Shown: positions 36,546 through 46,843, counted from the first letter of the stretch. The stretch: DNA of 64,000 nt from Gemmatimonadota bacterium (GCA_041500125.1 JBGQLP010000006.1:1452-65451); one strand, 5' to 3'. Program-made: numbers and translations. The notes: generated from the sequence alone by a model not told the origin.

Positions 36546-37286
36546 TCAGCGCTGGATTGCCAGCAACTCCCGAAGAGTCATCGCATCCCGAAGAGCAAAC
36601 CCTTCCCAGTCGTTGTTGAAATAGATGTATTCGTCTTTCCCGACGCTGCTCAGGGCCCGCACCCGCGCTGCCCAGGTCTTTAGCTCCTCGGTCGTGAATC
36701 CGCCCCGGGGCTCACTGCCCCGATGCATGCGGAGGTAGGTGAAGGCCGCCGTAGTGATCCGGTCAGGGTGGAGACCACCGCCTACCGGTATGCAGAGGGC
36801 TACCTCGTGTTCTGCCAGGAGCCGGTAAACCTCGTTGGTCTGCCAGCTAGGATGTCGGAACTCCAGCACCCAGTGCTGCCCGGACGAGAGCAAGGGGAGG
36901 AATTCCGCGAGACGAGGGATGTCGAGCTGCTGGCTGGGCGGAAGTTGGAACAGGATGGGACCCAGCTTGGGGCCCAGATGACCGGCGCGATCCATGAACG
37001 AGGCAACTTCATCGGCGACATTGCGGAGTCGTTTGACATGCGTGATGTACCGGCTGGCCTTTACCGCGAACTGGAAATCGTCGGGGGTGGTCTCCCGCCA
37101 CCGGCTGAACATCTCGGCGGTGGGCAGGCGGTAGAAGGGGTTGTTCAGCTCGACGGTCGCAAATCGGCTGGCGTAAAACGCCAGCTCCTCGCGGACCGGG
37201 AGCCTGGGCGGGTAGAACACGCCTTTGCGCCAGTGCCGGTACACGTAGCCCGACGTGCCGATCCAAATCTTGCCCGTCCCGGCCAT
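36546..37286 (-). CDS. DUF72-domain protein (second paralog)
   Basis: IGTSGY..RHW..VFYP, TVELNNPFY, KASRYITH, LFQLPP, YLRMH and YFNND. Confidence 0.93.
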   Translation of the reverse strand: MAGTGKIWIGTSGYVYRHWRKGVFYPPRLPVREELAFYASRFATVELNNPFYRLPTAEMFSRWRETTPDDFQFAVKASRYITHVKRLRNVADEVASFMDRAGHLGPKLGPILFQLPPSQQLDIPRLAEFLPLLSSGQHWVLEFRHPSWQTNEVYRLLAEHEVALCIPVGGGLHPDRITTAAFTYLRMHRGSEPRGGFTTEELKTWAARVRALSSVGKDEYIYFNNDWEGFALRDAMTLRELLAIQR

Positions 37287-37489
37287 GCGGCAATATACCG
37301 TTGCAGCCGCAGGAGTTCGGGAGTAAACTTGCGAGCCTCTCCAGCGGCCGGTCGAGCCAGGTGAGACAAATCACCGCACCAGGACCCGGAGGGTGACAGG
37401 GTAGGGGGCTCGACGCCATGGGCGTTGCCTGGACGGAAGCTCAAGCGGCCGAAGCGAAGACGGATATTTACATCTTTTCGGAGGGGTCA

Positions 37490-37696
37490 ATGAGGACAGC
37501 ACTCACAGCATTGGCGCTGTTCGCCGTTGCCGCATGCAGCGATCGCGGCAGGGAAACGGGCCGGGTCAGCGGGTCGGCCGATACGAGCGTCACCACCAGG
37601 ACGGCGCAGGACACCACCATCGTCACCAGCGACACCACGGTGCGGGTGGACACGACCAAGAAGGAAGGGGACGTCAAGCGGGATTCGGCAAAGTAG
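37490..37696 (+). CDS. Small Thr/Asp-rich lipoprotein
   Basis: GGAGG RBS; lipobox VAAC; repeated DTT. Confidence 0.7.
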   Translation: MRTALTALALFAVAACSDRGRETGRVSGSADTSVTTRTAQDTTIVTSDTTVRVDTTKKEGDVKRDSAK

Positions 37697-37811
37697 TAGT
37701 CACCTTCCCGGGCGGGTTGCTCACTCGGTGATCCGCCCGCCGGCGCCGGCAAGACCGGCGCCGGGCAGGTTGTCTCGCAAGACTCCTCACGAAAGGCAGA
37801 CCGTCCCCATC

Positions 37812-38507
37812 GTGCCCTCACAGCGCACCGCGCAGCTCCTGCTCTTCGGCCGCAACTTTATCAAGCATCCCAAGATGCTCGGGAGTCTTATCCCCAGCTC
37901 CCGCTTCCTGGTGAACCATGTACTGGCGGAAGTGGATTGGGCCAGCGCGCGGGTGTTTCTCGAGTACGGGCCCGGCGTGGGTACCTTTACCACCGAAATT
38001 CTCCGCCGGATGCGGCCGGACGCGTTGCTGATCGCTATGGAGACCAACGCCGATTTCGTGCGGTTTCTCCGGCGGCGAGTGCACGACGATCGGCTCCATG
38101 TGATCCACGGATCGGCGGCCGATGCGGACGCCGCGCTGCGCCAGCTGGCCCTGACCCACGCCGACTACGTCATCTCCGGCATTCCCTACACCACGATGCC
38201 CCCGGAACTGCGCGACGTCATTCTCCGGAAGACCCATTCGGTCCTGGATCCCAACGGCGCGTTCCTGGTCTATCAGTTCACCCGCACGGTGCTACCCTAC
38301 CTCCAGCAGGTGTTCGCTTCGGTCTATCAGGATTTCGAGCCGCTCAACGTGATGCCGGCCCGGCTGTTCTACTGCCGGCACCACGTCGGGAGCGCAACGG
38401 CGGATGGCAACGGAGCGGGCGCTAACGGTTCTGGGCGACGGAAGTTTCTGCAGCCCGCGGCGCCTGGGCCGACTGGGAATGCCAAGTCTCCTCGATCGTC
38501 CGGCTGA
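37812..38507 (+). CDS. Phospholipid N-methyltransferase-like (PmtA-type) SAM methyltransferase
   Basis: PKMLGSLIPSS, LEYGPGVGTFT, VISGIP and FLVYQF. Start uncertain. Confidence 0.78.
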   Translation: MPSQRTAQLLLFGRNFIKHPKMLGSLIPSSRFLVNHVLAEVDWASARVFLEYGPGVGTFTTEILRRMRPDALLIAMETNADFVRFLRRRVHDDRLHVIHGSAADADAALRQLALTHADYVISGIPYTTMPPELRDVILRKTHSVLDPNGAFLVYQFTRTVLPYLQQVFASVYQDFEPLNVMPARLFYCRHHVGSATADGNGAGANGSGRRKFLQPAAPGPTGNAKSPRSSG

Positions 38508-39030
38508 TCTCGGGCAGGACATCCTCGCGGACCAGCAAGCCATCCTCCCGCAAGAAGCGGATCACCGCGCCAGGTATGACGTTATGGAGCAGGGTGACAG
38601 TCTGCGCGTAATCGGCAAAGTGCTGCCGTGCCAGGTCGGCCACCTCCCGATCTTCCAACGTAGCTGCCGTGGTGTAGAGCATGACGTAGCCAATGGTGGC
38701 CAGGCTGAAGGCGGTATAGTCGTCCCGCAGATTCTTGGGCAGTCCCTCGTTGCGCACCAGATCGATCGCCGCCGCCCCAAGGCCGAGCAAGGCGGATCCC
38801 GCGCGCTTGATGGCATCGGTCGGGCCCCGGGCATTCCGCCGCTCGCTCAAGCTCCGGAGGTCGGAGATGTGGTGCTCGACCTTGCGAAGCACCTGCTTCA
38901 GGTCGCGGGTGACTTCTGGGTAGTCCTCCAGGTCTTCCAACTGGCCCCGCAAGGACTTCTCCATGTGCTCCTCCAGCGACAGCATGTCGGTGACATAGCT
39001 GTTGATCGCTTCTTCCCGATTGCGTCCCAC
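38422..39030 (-). CDS. Ferritin-like (DUF892-related) protein
   Basis: GTG start with GGAGG; YVTDMLSLEEH...HH...LRDDYTAFSLATIGYVMLYTTA. Only the 3' part of track ORF 38422-40092 looks real. Confidence 0.75.
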   Translation of the reverse strand: MGRNREEAINSYVTDMLSLEEHMEKSLRGQLEDLEDYPEVTRDLKQVLRKVEHHISDLRSLSERRNARGPTDAIKRAGSALLGLGAAAIDLVRNEGLPKNLRDDYTAFSLATIGYVMLYTTAATLEDREVADLARQHFADYAQTVTLLHNVIPGAVIRFLREDGLLVREDVLPEISRTIEETWHSQSAQAPRAAETSVAQNR

Positions 39031-39177
39031 GTTAACCTCCAAGCAATGAATGTCGGCCGACCAGGCGGTCGGTCTCGCGGTGTGATCGCCGGCTTTGTAC
39101 TGGTCGCATAGGATTAAACCCATGACCCGCCGGGGTCTGTGCCGACGGTCACCGCGGTCTCGCTCAGGAGAGTCTCG

Positions 39178-40065
39178 TTGGCTCGGTTTCTTGGCGCCCA
39201 CACGGTGGCGAACGGCGGCATCAGCATGGCCGCGATGCGAGCGGGGAACGCCGGTATGACCGCGCTGCAGATCTTCACCGCGCCGCCGCAGTACTACGGC
39301 GATAAAGCCACCATGCGGCCCGATCGGGTACAGCGGTTTCGCTCGGCCCTGGAACGCGCGAACATCAGGCCCGATCACGTCGTGGTGCACGCAGCCTACG
39401 TCCTGAACACCGCGACCGAGGACGAGATCAAATCCGCCCGGGCGCGAGCCGGTCTCCGAAAAGAGCTGGAACGGTCGACGGCACTGGGCGTCGGCAGCGT
39501 CTGCTTTCATCCCGGCGCGGCGACCAGCGGCAATCGCGAGGCCGCAGCCGAGCGGGTTGCCCGAGCCATCACCGAGGCGCTGGAGGCCGTGGAAGGCAGC
39601 ACCCGGCTGCTGGTGGAGAACACGGCGGGGGCCGGCACGACACTGGGTCGCACCGCTCAGGAGGTGGGAGCAATCCTCCAAGCTGTCCCCCAACGGCTGC
39701 GCCATCGCACCGGGTACGGCCTGGACACCTGCCATCTGTTTTCGTCCGGGCACGACATCAGCAAGTCCGCCGATCAGCTCACCCGGATCCTGGATGAATT
39801 CCAAGCCGCTGCCGGGAGTCCGCCCTCCTTCTTTCACCTGAATGACAGCGAGGGAGGACTGGGCTCCAACAAGGACCGGCACGTACTCATCGGAGAAGGC
39901 CGGGTGGGGAGCGAAGCATTCGGCTGGCTGCTTCAGGACCAGCGAGCGGAGGACATCCCGCTCATCCTGGAGACCCCCCAGCAGAACTATGATATCGCAG
40001 ACGACGATCCCTCTCCCGATCTCTATGACTTGGCCATGATGAAGTTGCTTGGCTCGATGATGTAG
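39178..40065 (+). CDS. nfo: Endonuclease IV
   Basis: LGAH, VHAAYVLN, FHPG, LVENTAG, LDTCHLF, HLNDS, DRH..IGEG and ILETP; TTG start with AGGAG. Confidence 0.93.
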   Translation: MARFLGAHTVANGGISMAAMRAGNAGMTALQIFTAPPQYYGDKATMRPDRVQRFRSALERANIRPDHVVVHAAYVLNTATEDEIKSARARAGLRKELERSTALGVGSVCFHPGAATSGNREAAAERVARAITEALEAVEGSTRLLVENTAGAGTTLGRTAQEVGAILQAVPQRLRHRTGYGLDTCHLFSSGHDISKSADQLTRILDEFQAAAGSPPSFFHLNDSEGGLGSNKDRHVLIGEGRVGSEAFGWLLQDQRAEDIPLILETPQQNYDIADDDPSPDLYDLAMMKLLGSMM

Positions 40066-40208
40066 CCCGCCCCCCTTCTCGCAGATCCGCACCGGCCGCC
40101 TTCAGCGCCGAGGCGTCCCCACGCCGAACTACCCGTATCGATACCATACGCTTCGAAGGCAACTCGTTTCAGGGCAGTGCCTGAGCGGCTAGTCAATTTT
40201 CTATACAG

Positions 40209-41009
40209 ATGGTGTGCCCGGTTCTTGCGTACCTCAGCGCTCGCGATCCCCCAGGTATCTCGGGAAAGGAGCCGGTCATTCCCGCTTCGGTCAGAGCCGT
40301 ACTGCTACAGCCGTTCTCCCGGCCCAGCCGGCCGTTCCTGACCTCGTTGGCCGCGGCCGGGATGGTGGGTGCACTGCTGCTGACTCCCGCCGGACACCTG
40401 GAGACTCCGCCGTTGAGCACCATAGCGGCCGGGCGGCCGGCCGGTTTGCCCGGCGGTCAACCGATGGCCGCGCCGGTAGACAGCACCACCCTTGAGAAAG
40501 AGGTCGTAGCGCGCTACGACCATCTGCCACTCGCCCAGATTCTTCGCCGCACCGCGAACGCCGAGATCGCCAACCGCGTCGCCCGGGCGTTAGTCAAGGA
40601 AGCCCGGGAGCTCCAGCTCTCGCCCAGTCTGCTCGCCGGCGTGCTCCTGACCGAGAACTCGCGGTTGGAACCGGAGACGGTGAGCAATCGTGGCGCGGTG
40701 GGATTGATGCAAGTGATGCGGTTTCACGCCGGCGTATTCGACTGCGATTCCGACGACCTGCTTCAGGTCGAAGCCAACATCTGCCATGGCGCCCGGGTCT
40801 TCGCGGGGTACCTGAAGCGAACCAAGGACGTGCGCTCCGCCCTGCTGCGGTACAACGGCTGTGTCAGGAGCAGAAGCACGCAAACCTGCAGGCGGTATCC
40901 GGCGAAAGTGCTGCAGCAGGCCGACCGAATCCGGCATCAGCTGCTTCTGTATCTTCCTCCGGAGAAGCTCAAGGCTGCTCTCGCCAGCTCGTCCCAGACC
41001 GAAAGCTGA
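40209..41009 (+). CDS. Lytic transglycosylase (SLT domain)
   Basis: VLLTENS, GAVGLMQVM, NICHGA and ALLRYNG. Start uncertain. Confidence 0.85.
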   Translation: MVCPVLAYLSARDPPGISGKEPVIPASVRAVLLQPFSRPSRPFLTSLAAAGMVGALLLTPAGHLETPPLSTIAAGRPAGLPGGQPMAAPVDSTTLEKEVVARYDHLPLAQILRRTANAEIANRVARALVKEARELQLSPSLLAGVLLTENSRLEPETVSNRGAVGLMQVMRFHAGVFDCDSDDLLQVEANICHGARVFAGYLKRTKDVRSALLRYNGCVRSRSTQTCRRYPAKVLQQADRIRHQLLLYLPPEKLKAALASSSQTES

Positions 41010-41054
41010 CGTTTCCGAAACCTCACCGGCTGGGGATTGGAACGTGCTGCCACG

Positions 41055-41083
41055 AAAACGGCCCCCGACGGGGGGCCGTTTTT
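41055..41083. terminator. Bidirectional intrinsic terminator
   Basis: AAAACGGCCCCC/GGGGGCCGTTTT between convergent genes. Confidence 0.85.
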
Positions 41084-41109
41084 ATTGCTCCTGAAAAAAC
41101 CCGGCTGAG

Positions 41110-41733
41110 TCAGCTTGCCTGTGGGGCCTCGTCCGCCGACGCTGAGCCTGCCCGGGTCTCGGAGCGGGCCTCGCGGGTGCCCGAACGGCCGGCACCGGTG
41201 CCGCCGCGCTGGAATCGATCCCACTGGTCGGTGGCCCTGCGCTTGACGTCGGACGCCGCCTCCTGAACCCGGGAACGCACGGGTGCGGCGCGATCGCTAG
41301 TCAGGAAATAGGTGGCTGCCAGGCCCGCGGCAATTGCCAGGATGGGGCCGACCGGGCTCGAGTGATCCTTTTCTCTGAAATCGAGATCGCGGAGCCGACC
41401 CTTGGCCTTTTCCCAGCGCTCTTCCACATCCTCCCACTCGTCCTCGGCATTCTCTCGCAGCTTGGCCAGCCGCTCCTTGGCGCGTTTCCGCGCCTTGCCG
41501 CTGACCTTCTCGACATCTTCCAAACCTTCACCCACCTCCTCACCCAACGCGGCGAGCCGTTTCAAGAGGACCCTGCGGGTCTTGCTCCCCGGCTGAGGGG
41601 CGGTAAGCAGACCGATGCCGACGCCGAGTAGGGTGGCTAGAAGAAGAGAGCCGCTGCCGGCGCCTTCCCGGCCACTCCGAGCCGTGGACCAGGAGTCGAT
41701 CTGATCGTCGACCCCGCGCTGCTGTGTGATCAT
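41110..41733 (-). CDS. YtxH-domain protein with two hydrophobic anchors
   Basis: LLGVGIGLLTAPQPGSKTR; second anchor ILAIAAGLAATYFL; GGAGG RBS. Confidence 0.8.
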   Translation of the reverse strand: MITQQRGVDDQIDSWSTARSGREGAGSGSLLLATLLGVGIGLLTAPQPGSKTRRVLLKRLAALGEEVGEGLEDVEKVSGKARKRAKERLAKLRENAEDEWEDVEERWEKAKGRLRDLDFREKDHSSPVGPILAIAAGLAATYFLTSDRAAPVRSRVQEAASDVKRRATDQWDRFQRGGTGAGRSGTREARSETRAGSASADEAPQAS

Positions 41734-42142
41734 GAAACCTCCAATCGCCGCCGGGCAGAGGGGCGAACTTCGATTGAGTTGGGCACTGCCGGGGTTCCGG
41801 ACCTGCCAGCCCGGAACGGGACCTTTGGCAACTCTAATCAAAAGATCAGAGGAAGGAAACATCTTGCATTACACAATCTGCGGTCGAAAAACGCACCTCA
41901 CACTTTTGACAGCAGGGACGGTCGGAGCGGCTCGAACCGCCGAGGCGGGCGAGAGCGGCAGCCGGCCGGATGAGCCCAACGTGCTTTGTCACATGCGCTT
42001 AGGGAAGAAGTCCAAGCCCCCTGCAGCCTTTCAGGCGGGAGACCTGGCGGCTCAGCACGGAACTGGCACCCGTACGACCACCCCGCGCTTACCAGAGCTC
42101 CCGGCTACCGGCCAGGGCTCGAGACACTGCCGAGTGTGTTGG

Positions 42143-43336
42143 ATGTATCTCGTCGAGTTGAGACCTGGGAAGGAAGAGCTCTACCGGTCGAGCGATGAAC
42201 TCGCCCTGGCCATTCGTAGCGGCGACGTCGACGCGCGCTCCCGGGTTTACCACCGGGCAACCGCCAAGTGGATCTCGATCACGCTCCACCCCCAGTACAA
42301 GGCGATCATGGCAGCGGCGAAGGAAGACCCGGCCCGCCAGGCGCGACGGGGCTGGGGCATCCTCGGCGGCGCCACCGCAGCTGAACCTCCCTCTTCCGAT
42401 GGCTCGGTCTCCAACGGGAACCTGCTGCACCGCTGGCGTCGACCGCTGGCGCTCGGGCTCTCCGGGGTGCTGCTCATGTCGGGGGTCAAGCTCGCCTTCT
42501 CGGGACCGCGGCCACCGTGGGCCGGCCAGGCCCGAACGGCGGCTATGAGTGTAAGGTCGGAGCGGACGGTGAGGCCGGCCAGGACGGAAGAGGTGGGGCG
42601 GACGGTGCAGGTGTCGCTGGCCAGCACGAATGCAGCAGACCCAGAGCAGCCGGCGACTGTCCGGGAGATCGCCCGGGTGCTGCCGAGAGCCCCGAGGCTG
42701 CGCTCGGTCGCTTTGGGTGATGCGCTGACATCGGGCTCAGCCGGGGCTCGCGTCGATGCCAACTCGCTCGAGGGACTATCTGCCCGTTACGGCGCGGCCC
42801 ACGATGCAGCGTGGACTCGCCTGGAAACCGGAATGCGGGTGGCGCGGCTGGGACAGCTCTTTGCAGCCTCCCGGCTGAATCCTCATGGCGGGGTTACCGA
42901 TACCCGACTGAGCCTGGCGGGAGCAGCCAACTTCATTCGCGTCTTCCGGGAGCAGCAGGCCACGATCGAGACGGCTTACCAGGATTCGGTCACCGTGCTC
43001 GCCAAACAGTATGGGTGGGCGCCGGCCAAAGTGAGGCAGTGGTATTCCCGGACGCCTCGGAAGGAGGCGCCCACGCTGGAGCTACTCAGCGGATCGTTGC
43101 TGGCCAGCATCGACAGCATTCTCGGTGTTCTGGATGCCCAGGCGGGTGCTTACAAGATCAGAGGGACGGCCATCGCATTCGAGGATCCCAGCGCGGGGCA
43201 AGCGTACGGCCTATTGCGGCGCCGGATCAAGGAGCAGATCGATGCCGCAGTGAGTGCCGGTGCTGCCACGTCACCCGGCGCGACCCGTCTCTTGCTTCAG
43301 GCCATCGGGACCTCGACCCTACCGCGGGAGACCTGA
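42143..43336 (+). CDS. Hypothetical single-pass membrane protein
   Basis: Small N-terminal domain, TM LALGLSGVLLMSG, helical C-domain. Start inferred at MYLVEL. Confidence 0.6.
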   Translation: MYLVELRPGKEELYRSSDELALAIRSGDVDARSRVYHRATAKWISITLHPQYKAIMAAAKEDPARQARRGWGILGGATAAEPPSSDGSVSNGNLLHRWRRPLALGLSGVLLMSGVKLAFSGPRPPWAGQARTAAMSVRSERTVRPARTEEVGRTVQVSLASTNAADPEQPATVREIARVLPRAPRLRSVALGDALTSGSAGARVDANSLEGLSARYGAAHDAAWTRLETGMRVARLGQLFAASRLNPHGGVTDTRLSLAGAANFIRVFREQQATIETAYQDSVTVLAKQYGWAPAKVRQWYSRTPRKEAPTLELLSGSLLASIDSILGVLDAQAGAYKIRGTAIAFEDPSAGQAYGLLRRRIKEQIDAAVSAGAATSPGATRLLLQAIGTSTLPRET

Positions 43337-44113
43337 GGCGACGAGATCGTCTCGCAGGATTCGTCCCGGGATGTCAGCCATCGCCCGCTCGGCCAGCGCC
43401 AGCTCGCCTCGGGCGATGAGCGTATCCAGGGCTTCACGGGGTGAGACTCCCGACCGACGGGGGCCGTGGTGATCGGTGGCCAGAACGTCCACCAGGCCCG
43501 AGCCGATCATTTCCCAGGCGAGACGCTCCGATCGTGGGCTGGACCCGCGATAGTGCCCCGTGAGGCTTCCCACGTTCACCTGCAATAGCGCGCCAAGCTC
43601 CTGCCAGGTGCGCATGACCTCGATGGCATCGTGGCCGGGGAGGTAGTGGTAGCGCTCCGCATGCGCGATCACGACCTGGCGGCCGGCATCGAGAACCGAG
43701 CGGATGACATCGTTGTGATTGCCCTGGAGCTCGAACCCGAACTCGACCAGCAGAAACCTGCCGGGCAATCCGACATCGGCGCGGCGCGCCACCCGATTGG
43801 CGCTACCGGCGTCCGGCGCCAGGATTTCCTGCCCCAGCCATAACGAGGGGAGATCGGTTCGGTCCCTGCAGGCCGCCACCAGCCCGTCAAAGGCGCGGCG
43901 GTGGAGATCGAGCTCCCGTTGGATGGCCGCGTCGCTGTCGAGATAGGGAACGAGGAGGTGGGGAGTGGTGACCACAGCACGCACGCCCTCACGGTACAGG
44001 CCCGAGAGCGCCTGGATGGATTCGGCCACGGTTCTGGTGCCATCGTCCACCCCGGGAACCAGATGGCTATGCAGATCTACTATGGCGATAGCCGGATCGG
44101 TGACATCGGTCAT
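43319..44113 (-). CDS. CpsB/CapC-family PHP tyrosine phosphatase
   Basis: DLHSHLVPGVDDG, TTPH, AHAERY, QVNVGSL and ATDHH. Confidence 0.92.
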   Translation of the reverse strand: MTDVTDPAIAIVDLHSHLVPGVDDGTRTVAESIQALSGLYREGVRAVVTTPHLLVPYLDSDAAIQRELDLHRRAFDGLVAACRDRTDLPSLWLGQEILAPDAGSANRVARRADVGLPGRFLLVEFGFELQGNHNDVIRSVLDAGRQVVIAHAERYHYLPGHDAIEVMRTWQELGALLQVNVGSLTGHYRGSSPRSERLAWEMIGSGLVDVLATDHHGPRRSGVSPREALDTLIARGELALAERAMADIPGRILRDDLVASGLPR

Positions 44114-44261
44114 GACCTGAGTCTAAGGCAACGATCGGGCCATTCGTAGCCGCCCCGCCCTTCCGCTCGGCCCCGATCCTCCCGGCTGGCCAAGGCGAGG
44201 GGCCGGAACTTCATTTAGTGTTCACTCGCCAGTCGCCCACACCACCCCCAGCGGAGCCGCC

Positions 44262-45497
44262 GTGAATACCGCCCGCCGTACCCATGGTTTTCGGGAGTCG
44301 GTCATTCGGGGAATGACCCGCCTCGCCCGGGAGTATGGCTCGATTAACCTGGCACAGGGCTTCCCCAACTTTCCCGCGCCCGAGCTGCTGAAGGATGCGG
44401 CGGCCCGAGCGATTCACGACGATATCAATCAGTACGCCATCACCTGGGGAGCCCAGCGGCTGCGCGACGCGATCGCGGCGAAGTACCACGAGTGGTACCA
44501 GCTGGAGATGGATCCGGAGCGGGAGATCACCGTCACCTGCGGGGCAACGGAGGCGATGATCTCGACCCTCCTGGCCATCGTCAATCCGGGCGACGAGGTG
44601 ATCGTCTTCGAGCCGTTTTACGAGAATTACGGACCCGATACCATTCTGGCCGACGCCAGGCCGGTGTACGTACCCCTGGAGCCGGGGACGCCGCTGGACC
44701 TGGACCGGCTCGCCTCGGCATTCACCTCCCGGACCCGGGCCATCATCGTCAACACCCCCAGCAATCCCGCGGGCCGGGTGCTCACTCGGACCGAGCTGGG
44801 GGCCATCCGCGACCTTTGCATCCGGCACGACGCGCTGGCGGTGACAGACGAGATCTACGAGCACATCCGATTTCAGGGAGACCATGTCCCCATCGCGACG
44901 TTGCCCGACATGCGGAACCGAACCATCACCATCAGCGGGGCCTCGAAGACTTTCAGCGTCACCGGGTGGCGAATCGGCTGGATCCTGGCGCCGGCGGAGC
45001 TCACCGACGCCATCCGCAAGGTTCATGATTTCCTCACGGTAGGAGCTCCCGCCCCGCTACAGGAAGGGGTTGCGGTAGCGCTGAGGGAATTGCGCCCGTC
45101 GTTTTACCACGACCTCGCGGAAGGGTACAAGGCGCGACGGGACCTGCTGTATTCCGCGTTGATAGACGCGGGGTTCAGCTGCACGCCGCCCGAGGGAGCC
45201 TACTACATCCTCTCCGACTTCTCCCGGCTGGTCCTCCCGGGCGCGGGAGCGCCGATGTCGGATACCGAATTCGCGGTGTGGCTTTCCCGGGAGGTCGGGG
45301 TGACGCCGGTTCCGGGATCGAGCTTCTTTCGCGACGGGGGTGGCGGGCGCGGATTGGTTCGCTTCGTCTTCTGTAAGACCGACGACATTCTCTTGGAAGC
45401 GGCCCGGCGACTACGGACGCTGTCGTCGGGCTCCTCCGCGTCTGAGGCCACCAAGCGCGGCCGGGAGGCGTCGGCGCGCAGCGGTCTCCAGCGATGA
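44262..45497 (+). CDS. Class I/II PLP aminotransferase (YbdL-like)
   Basis: INLAQGFP, NTPSNPAG, DEIYEH, SKTFSVTGWRIG and RFVFCK. Confidence 0.93.
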   Translation: MNTARRTHGFRESVIRGMTRLAREYGSINLAQGFPNFPAPELLKDAAARAIHDDINQYAITWGAQRLRDAIAAKYHEWYQLEMDPEREITVTCGATEAMISTLLAIVNPGDEVIVFEPFYENYGPDTILADARPVYVPLEPGTPLDLDRLASAFTSRTRAIIVNTPSNPAGRVLTRTELGAIRDLCIRHDALAVTDEIYEHIRFQGDHVPIATLPDMRNRTITISGASKTFSVTGWRIGWILAPAELTDAIRKVHDFLTVGAPAPLQEGVAVALRELRPSFYHDLAEGYKARRDLLYSALIDAGFSCTPPEGAYYILSDFSRLVLPGAGAPMSDTEFAVWLSREVGVTPVPGSSFFRDGGGGRGLVRFVFCKTDDILLEAARRLRTLSSGSSASEATKRGREASARSGLQR

Positions 45498-46306
45498 GTA
45501 CGGAAGGATCCCGCGCCCCAGTTGAGGGGACCCGCCCGCTGGCCGTGGTGACCGGCGCTTCCGCGGGGATCGGCAAGGAATTCTGCGAGCGGCTCGCGGC
45601 TCGAGGATACGATCTCATCGTGATAGCCCGAGATGGAAATCGGCTGGAGGCTTTGAGGCAGGACCTCGAGCAGCGACACGGTATCGCGGTGGAGGTTTTC
45701 CCCGCTGATCTCACAATCGATACGGACGTGAGTCTGGTGGCCGAACGACTCACCCGGTCACCGCAGCTCGCCTTGCTGGTGAATAACGCCGGCTTCGGGA
45801 CCCGGGGAACCCTGGCCGATGCCAGTCCCGCGCTCCAGGAGGCGATGCTGCGGCTGCACACGGTCGCCCCACTGCGTCTCTCTCAAGCCGCCCTCCCCGT
45901 GCTGCTGAAAAATGGCAAGGGAGCCATCGTCAATGTCTCTTCCGTGGCCTCCTTCCTCTACTCCCCAGGCAACGTGAACTACTGCGCCACCAAGGCCTAT
46001 CTCACCACCTTCAGTGAGGGGTTGGCGGCGGAGCTCACCGGCACGGGTATCAAGGTCCAGGCGCTTTGTCCCGGCTTTACTCGCTCGGAATTTCATCAGC
46101 GGATGGAAGCCGACATGCGCGAGTTGCCCCGGGGAATGTGGCTCTCCGCCGCTCGGGTGGTCGAGACCTCGCTCCGGAGCCTTGAACGCGGAGGCCCGGT
46201 GATCTGCATACCGGGTCTGCGCTACAAAGTGATGGTGTTCTTGCTTCGCCACCTGCCTCGCCGGCTCCTCCGCTTGCAGTCCGCCCTCCGGCCCTCCCGG
46301 ATGTGA
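45494..46306 (+). CDS. SDR family oxidoreductase
   Basis: TGASAGIG, VNNAGFG, NVSS, YCATK and LCPGFT. Confidence 0.93.
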   Translation: MSTEGSRAPVEGTRPLAVVTGASAGIGKEFCERLAARGYDLIVIARDGNRLEALRQDLEQRHGIAVEVFPADLTIDTDVSLVAERLTRSPQLALLVNNAGFGTRGTLADASPALQEAMLRLHTVAPLRLSQAALPVLLKNGKGAIVNVSSVASFLYSPGNVNYCATKAYLTTFSEGLAAELTGTGIKVQALCPGFTRSEFHQRMEADMRELPRGMWLSAARVVETSLRSLERGGPVICIPGLRYKVMVFLLRHLPRRLLRLQSALRPSRM

Positions 46307-46396
46307 GCCAGGTCCTTTCCCGACCCAAATTATGGAGGTAACGTCATCTTAGTTGTTGCGCTTAAAGGAGCAATCTCTACCAGCAGGATCGGTCCT

Positions 46397-46843
46397 ATGC
46401 GCATCTTCTCTCCTCCCCAACTGCTTTGCCTCATCCTGACCGCCACGGCGGCCGGCTGCGGGGCCGGCGACCTGACGCTGCCGGCCGACGGATCGCCGGC
46501 CAATCTGAAAGCGGTGTCCGGAAGCGGCCAGCAAGGCACCGTCGGGACTCGACTGCCCGATCCCCTGGTCGTTCGCCTGACCGACGGGGCTGGCCGGCAG
46601 GTGCCTAGGGTCCCCGTCGAATTCCGGTTCCAGAGCGATGTACCCGGAGCCCAGTTCGAGCCCTCGGTAGTGGCCACCGACGACACTGGGTTCGCCTCGG
46701 TCCAGGTGGTTCTCGGCACCACTGCCGGGTCTCAAACGATCGAGGCGGCCGTGGGCGCCAGCCCATCGCCGGGCCTGCTCGCCACCTTCGGAGTCACTGC
46801 CGTGGCACCGCAGAAGGGCCGCGGCCATGGCCACGGCAATTAG
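46397..46843 (+). CDS. Ig-like (Big_1-type) domain lipoprotein
   Basis: Lipobox AAGC; SGSGQQGTVG..LPDPLVVRLTD..G..V..VPVEF, TDDTG.ASV..VLGT.AG. Confidence 0.78.
   Translation: MRIFSPPQLLCLILTATAAGCGAGDLTLPADGSPANLKAVSGSGQQGTVGTRLPDPLVVRLTDGAGRQVPRVPVEFRFQSDVPGAQFEPSVVATDDTGFASVQVVLGTTAGSQTIEAAVGASPSPGLLATFGVTAVAPQKGRGHGHGN

Noticed and set aside
39031-40092. 5' part of the 556-aa minus-strand ORF 38422-40092
   Set aside because: Antisense shadow of nfo; the real gene begins at GTG 39030 with an RBS.
39962-40162. Small minus-strand ORF MPSKRMVSIRVVRRG
   Set aside because: No clear RBS, about 100 nt convergent overlap with nfo and no motif.
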